Shown piece after piece: positions 59,880-64,000 of a DNA stretch of 64,000 nucleotides. Where the stretch lies: contig JAOADV010000004.1 in assembly GCA_026417135.1 (NCBI GenBank), positions 814-64,813 of the forward strand. The letters run 5' to 3'. The translations under genes were made by a program, and so were the position numbers. Below the pieces are notes generated by a model that saw only the letters and a program-made list of their open reading frames with translations, made no database searches and was not told the origin of the DNA. Source of the stretch: Ignavibacteria bacterium (GTDB taxonomy: Bacteria; Bacteroidota; Ignavibacteria; Kapaibacteriales; UBA2268). Position 1 is the first letter of the stretch. Every line of letters starts with the position of its first letter.

Positions 59880-60848
59880 TTACCTAAATTTAACAAATTG
59901 GAGCAGATTTCTCCAAATAATAGGATATTTACCACCAAGAGGACCAATTTTCTTCCAATCGCCAAGAACTTCTAACTCTCTTAAAATTCTTAAAATGTCT
60001 GTTATATCTCTTTCAACATTGGTAGTTTGACTTGCGAGTTTCTCTTTCAAAATTTTATCACATAGAACCTTCTTAAGGCTTTTAATATTTTCGAAATAGT
60101 TGTAGTCATCGTTAATTTCTTGAATAATTCCAACAATGTCGATATAGTTCCCTTGGATGAGAAATATTTTTCGGATAAATTCTTTAATCTTATCATCATC
60201 TTTTTCTGCAATTTCTAAGAACTCTTTGCCCAGTTCAGAAATTTCGTAGGAATTTAAATCGAAGAGCTTTAAATCTCGTAATAATAATTTGATATTGATT
60301 AAGTTAGATTTTTTTGCTGATTTCCATTTTCTAATTTTGGTAATTGTATGCCAAATTGTTTCATCAATATATTCTTTTTTGGGTGAATTTTGAAGAGCTT
60401 GGTAAATGTTTTTTAAAATAATATAGATTTCCTTATATTTTAAATCTCTGTAGTAAGCATAACCTCTTTGAATTTTTTCTGTAGTTATTAATAGCTCGGC
60501 TTGTGGTTTTGGTTCTCGATGTATTGAAACTCTGTTAGGTTCAACACAAATTATTCAAATGAAATTTGTCCATAACCATTTTTCCATTAATTCTAGTTCT
60601 TTTCTGGGTAAGGCTAAGTAAGATTTATCTGAATGCCTACAAAAAGCAATAGCTTGTCCCAATCCAGTCAAGTACTCTCTTCGATTAAGGTTGCTTGCCT
60701 TACATTCGATTTGAGCCAAAGTGCCATTTAAGTATTTAACTTGAATGTCGGGCATAGGGAAGTGATAAGCGAATCTTGTTACAATTTCGACATCGGACTT
60801 TTGTTTGAACCAATTAGAAACTAATTGCACAACCTCGTTATGTGTCAT
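59880..60848 (-). pseudogene. putative Type II restriction endonuclease (PD-(D/E)xK fold) interrupted by an in-frame TGA at 60555-60557
   Basis: A 97-aa ORF (60555-60848) contains the PD…ExK motif FPMPDIQVKYLNGTLAQIECKAS. The same frame continues past a single TGA for another 224 sense codons down to a TAA at 59880-59882. That downstream segment has no ATG, GTG or TTG near its 5' end, which is why it is absent from the ORF track. Sampled lines are ~25% GC against ~40% for the neighbours. Confidence 0.5.
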
Positions 60849-61758
60849 TTTGGTTTTTTAAAAATTAGAACATAGTCGTGGTTACAGATAAAATAATTAA
60901 ACCTTAGGGAGCGATATTTATTCAAGTTGATTTTGCCTTGCCGTGAACTTGCAAAACGAGTAATCTTGATGACTTTTGAATAATATTCAAAACCGACCTT
61001 TAAACCAACTTGCGTTGCGTAAAAATCTAATGGTATTGTTTTACCTCCTTTTTTAAAGTCCTCGCCAATTAAAACACAGAAAAATTTTCCTTTTTTAAGA
61101 ACTGTGAAAACTCCGATGAAAACTTTCTCTAACCCTTCGAGAAAACCATCAAGTGTTTTTTCGTTGGAAAGGTCTCCATCGACGAAGCCATATTCTTCAC
61201 CATATTTGACAAGTTCCCAATATGGTGGATGTGCAAAACAAAAATCAAAACTTTCTTTTTCTAAACCAAGTTCGAGCAGTTTTGTTGAGTTCCCAAGAAT
61301 AACTCGTTGTTGTTTAAGCCAAAAAAGTAATGAATCATCGTCAAATCCCAATGTTTCTTGTTGCAAATTTAATTTAGCAACTTCGAGTATTTTAGGGTTA
61401 ATTTCGACACCGACACCTCTTCGTTTCACTGTGCAGCAACTATCAAAGTGGTTCCCGAACCACAAAATGGGTCCAAAATCAAATCGCCTTCTTTCGAAAA
61501 GCGAAGCAGACATTGGCGTGGTATTTCAATTGGGGAATTGCCGTGGACGGTATATTTAGTCCAATTGTATGGGTCGCGTTCTGGGGTATCCCATATTGTA
61601 AAAAATTGAATGTCTAAGTTTTGTTCGTATTCTTTCCATTTTGTAGGGTCTAAGTCGTTTACTTCGCCATTTTCCGTTTTTTTCGATATTGCGTTTGGTT
61701 TTAAAAGTTTATATTTACTTAGGTTAAATAATTCGTCCATAACTTTTGCAAAATACAA
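60845..61758 (-). pseudogene. N6A/N4C-type DNA amino-methyltransferase disrupted by a -1 frameshift near 61426-61432
   Basis: The 110-aa ORF ends …HGNSPIEIPRQCLLRFSKEGDLILDPFCGSGTTLIVAAQ* (motifs X and I). The overlapping 222-aa ORF in the -1 frame continues …KRRGVGVEINPKILEVAKLNL (motifs II-III), then ILGNSTKLLELGLEKESFDFCFAHPPYW (motif IV), then …NHDYVLIFKK. Restoring one nucleotide after the CAG (Gln) codon joins them into AAQ-x-KRRGVGVEIN. Its stop overlaps the nuclease gene start as ATGA. Confidence 0.6.
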
Positions 61759-61800
61759 AATTAGATGATTTTAATTGTGTTTAAAATGAAAAGAAAAGGG

Positions 61801-62421
61801 TTATTTCCCCGATATATCTAACAAAATTTTATTTAAAAAGGTTTTTCTATGCAATGGACTGGGCTGGTATTTCAATATTTTTTCGATGTGCATTTTTGTC
61901 GCATAACCTTTATGCCTGTCGAAACCATAAATTGGATACAGTTTATGGGCAACTTCGCTCATCCAATTATCCCGCTCAACTTTTGCAACTATCGATGCAG
62001 CAGCGATAGAAAATGATTTTGTATCACCATCGACAATAGTGGAAAATTCATAAGGACCTTCGAAACGGTTTCCATCGATTAAAACATAAGGAGCGTAATC
62101 AGCAAGTTGTTCAAGGGCTTTGTTCATAGCTAAGATAGTAGCTTTCAAAATGTTGATTTCGTCTATTTGATATGCTGGAACAAAGTAAGTTGAAAAAGCC
62201 AGACAAGTTGAGATGATTTTTTCGTAAATTTTTGCACGAACCTTTGGAGATATGGTTTTGGAATCGAAAACTTCGTAGTCTGGGACGAAATTTAGAGGGA
62301 AAATCACAGCGGAAGCGAATACTGGACCAGCAAGAGAACCCCGCCCAGCTTCGTCGACCCCAGCAACGAGCTTTCCAATTTCCCAAAATTTTTTTTCAAT
62401 ATCGAAATTAGGTCGTTTCAA
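61801..62421 (-). CDS. rnhB: ribonuclease HII
   Basis: VAGVDEAGRGSLAGPVFASAVIF is the RNase HII active-site motif. 206 aa. Confidence 0.9.
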   Translation of the reverse strand: MKRPNFDIEKKFWEIGKLVAGVDEAGRGSLAGPVFASAVIFPLNFVPDYEVFDSKTISPKVRAKIYEKIISTCLAFSTYFVPAYQIDEINILKATILAMNKALEQLADYAPYVLIDGNRFEGPYEFSTIVDGDTKSFSIAAASIVAKVERDNWMSEVAHKLYPIYGFDRHKGYATKMHIEKILKYQPSPLHRKTFLNKILLDISGK

Positions 62422-63144
62422 TTATTTTAGGTAACCCATTCCAATTAAGTTTAAAAATTCATTTCTGAGGTTTAAATCGGCAAGCAAGTAGCCTCGCATA
62501 ACTGAAGTAATCATAAGTGAACTTTCTTCGTCTCCTTTAACGCCACGAGCAATCATACAGTAGTGCCGAGCACGAATTACAACGCCCAAAGCTTTTGGTC
62601 TTATTAATTCTTCTATATAATCGGCAATTTGTTCGCCCAATTCTTCTTGAATTTGCCCACGTCTACAAAACCAATCGACAATGCGCGAGAGTTTACTAAG
62701 ACCGATAATATACTTGTTTGGAATATAGCCGATAGAGCATTCCCCCGAAATAGGTTGCCAATGGTGAGAGCAAACACTCATTACAGTTATTCCTTTGCTT
62801 ATGATTAGTTCATTTATTTTCTTTCGATTTGGGAAAATTGTACTTTTAGGTGGCTCTTGAAATCTTCCAACAAAAAGTTCATTAACTAACATTCGTGCAA
62901 TCCGCAAAGGTGTTTTTGTCGAGTTTGGGTCTTGTCGGGAAATTCTAAGTATTTCCATCACTTCGATAAATTTTTGCTCGAGCCGTTGAATCATTGTCTC
63001 GCGTTCCTCTTTGCTTAGAGGGATGTTAGCATTAGCATCGAACAATAATTCGTTCCACTGATTATGAGTTGGAAAAGTACTTAAAATTTCCTCAGTTTCG
63101 CTTTCAAAATCGTCGATGTAATTGTTTTCGGGTTCAAAGTTCAT
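62422..63144 (-). CDS. folE: GTP cyclohydrolase I
   Basis: …MSVCSHHWQPISGECSIGYIPNKYIIGLSKLSRIVDWFCRRGQIQEELGEQIAD… contains the conserved CxHH and Cys residues of FolE. Confidence 0.9.
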   Translation of the reverse strand: MNFEPENNYIDDFESETEEILSTFPTHNQWNELLFDANANIPLSKEERETMIQRLEQKFIEVMEILRISRQDPNSTKTPLRIARMLVNELFVGRFQEPPKSTIFPNRKKINELIISKGITVMSVCSHHWQPISGECSIGYIPNKYIIGLSKLSRIVDWFCRRGQIQEELGEQIADYIEELIRPKALGVVIRARHYCMIARGVKGDEESSLMITSVMRGYLLADLNLRNEFLNLIGMGYLK

Positions 63145-63158
63145 ATTTTCATACTACA

Positions 63159-63602
63159 CTATTGATAATCAAAAATCTTTATTTCGACTGGTTCACCAAA
63201 ATATTCTACAAAGTTATTTTCGGTTTCGTAAATTTTGATTTTAAAAAGTTTTCCGTTTGGAATTTTATCTTCGAGTTGGCGCCAGAACATAATTGCAAGA
63301 TTCTCCACTGTTGGTATTATTCCGCGAAGAAAATCGACCTCTGTGTTGAGATTTTTGTGGTCAACCTTTTCGATGATGTTCTCGTTTATTATTTTTTTTA
63401 AATCTTTTAAATCGGTTAAATACCCCGTCGCTGGATTAGGATGGCCACAAATGGTAACTTCGAGAATGTAGTTGTGTCCGTGCCAATTTGGATTGTTACA
63501 TTTATCGAAAATTCTTTCATTTTGTTCATCTGTGAATTCGGGATTGAAAAGCCTATGTGCAGCCGAAAATGATGCCCTACGTGTAATAAAAACCATAAGC
63601 AA
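63159..63602 (-). CDS. queD: 6-carboxy-5,6,7,8-tetrahydropterin synthase (PTPS/QueD family)
   Basis: RASFSAAHRL…CNNPNWHGHNYILEVTI contains the QueD CxxxHGH zinc/catalytic motif. 147 aa. Confidence 0.85.
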   Translation of the reverse strand: MLMVFITRRASFSAAHRLFNPEFTDEQNERIFDKCNNPNWHGHNYILEVTICGHPNPATGYLTDLKDLKKIINENIIEKVDHKNLNTEVDFLRGIIPTVENLAIMFWRQLEDKIPNGKLFKIKIYETENNFVEYFGEPVEIKIFDYQ

Positions 63603-63675
63603 TAATAATGTTAATTTGCAAATTTTAAAAAAAACAAATTACGAAATTTCGTGTCTATTATTTGAAAACGAAGTC

Positions 63676-64000
63676 AGTAATGGTTGTACTATTTTTGGGT
63701 TTAATATTTGCTTTTAATTTGTATTGCCAAGAAGCCGGTGATTTTCAAGATAGCACCAGAGTGGTTAATTGGAATAATTTTTTTGAAGCGAAAGGGAAAA
63801 TAAACATTGTGATGACTGGTGTAAACTTGTCTGCTCAATTTGTTGCTCGTGTCGTAGGCGAAGATTCTGCTACGATTTCGTTCTATGGTCCTATGGGAGT
63901 TATTTTGGGTAAAGTCTTTTCGAATAATGATTTTTTTATTTATTACGATGTTTTCAACAATTGGGCTGTTGTTGGAAGACCGACCCGAGAAAAAATTTTT
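63676..64000 (+). CDS. hypothetical lipoprotein, 5' part; the gene runs off the window end
   Basis: The ATG at 63676 opens a frame to the window end: MVVLFLGLIFAFNLYCQEAGDF… has a signal peptide with a lipobox Cys. I saw no stops on manual translation, which is error-prone. Confidence 0.35.

Noticed and set aside
60555-60557. Read the in-frame TGA in the nuclease gene as selenocysteine or reassigned TGA (code 4/25).
   Set aside because: Other genes in the window clearly terminate at TGA (for example the ComB-like gene at 57229-57231 and the methyltransferase at 60845-60847). There is no SECIS-like hairpin directly downstream. Nonsense mutation or sequencing error is more parsimonious.
1-64000. 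Scan for tRNA, rRNA or CRISPR repeats and for transposase/integrase genes.
   Set aside because: There are no cloverleaf-like GC-rich segments, no regularly spaced direct repeats and no recombinase-like ORFs. Intergenic regions are short, except 502-897, 9167-9521, 15141-15681 and 42321-42697, which are AT-rich and unstructured apart from the hairpin noted above.

Overview
This 64 kb window reads as a low-GC chromosomal segment (roughly 35-40% GC by eye) from a bacterium of the Bacteroidota/Ignavibacteriota-like (FCB) group. The taxonomic guess rests on a large cargo protein with a type IX secretion C-terminal sorting domain, many lipoproteins with Cys lipoboxes, and the MacAB-TolC-like efflux architecture. 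Most of the window is densely packed housekeeping genes: dapA, cdsA, uvrB, hslV, maf, rpsF, rplI, rlmD, queE, pyrG, smpB, tyrS, ftsK, rnhB, folE and queD. Also present are a peptide-uptake pair (pepT plus an OPT transporter), a six-gene tripartite efflux operon, and a multi-PAS sensor histidine kinase. Three different PPIase families are encoded within 13 kb. I found no rRNA, tRNA or CRISPR arrays. The one clearly accessory element is a small AT-rich two-gene insertion between ftsK and rnhB. It looks like a decaying restriction-modification operon: an amino-methyltransferase broken by a -1 frameshift, coupled by an ATGA overlap to a PD-(D/E)xK nuclease gene interrupted by an in-frame TGA. Two unusual domain architectures in otherwise ordinary loci also stand out. 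One is a CheW coupling protein with a complete CZB zinc-binding four-helix module inserted into the middle of the CheW fold. The other is an aspartate ammonia-lyase carrying an N-terminal cyclic-nucleotide-binding-like domain. All gene calls are from reading the six-frame translations; no database search was run.
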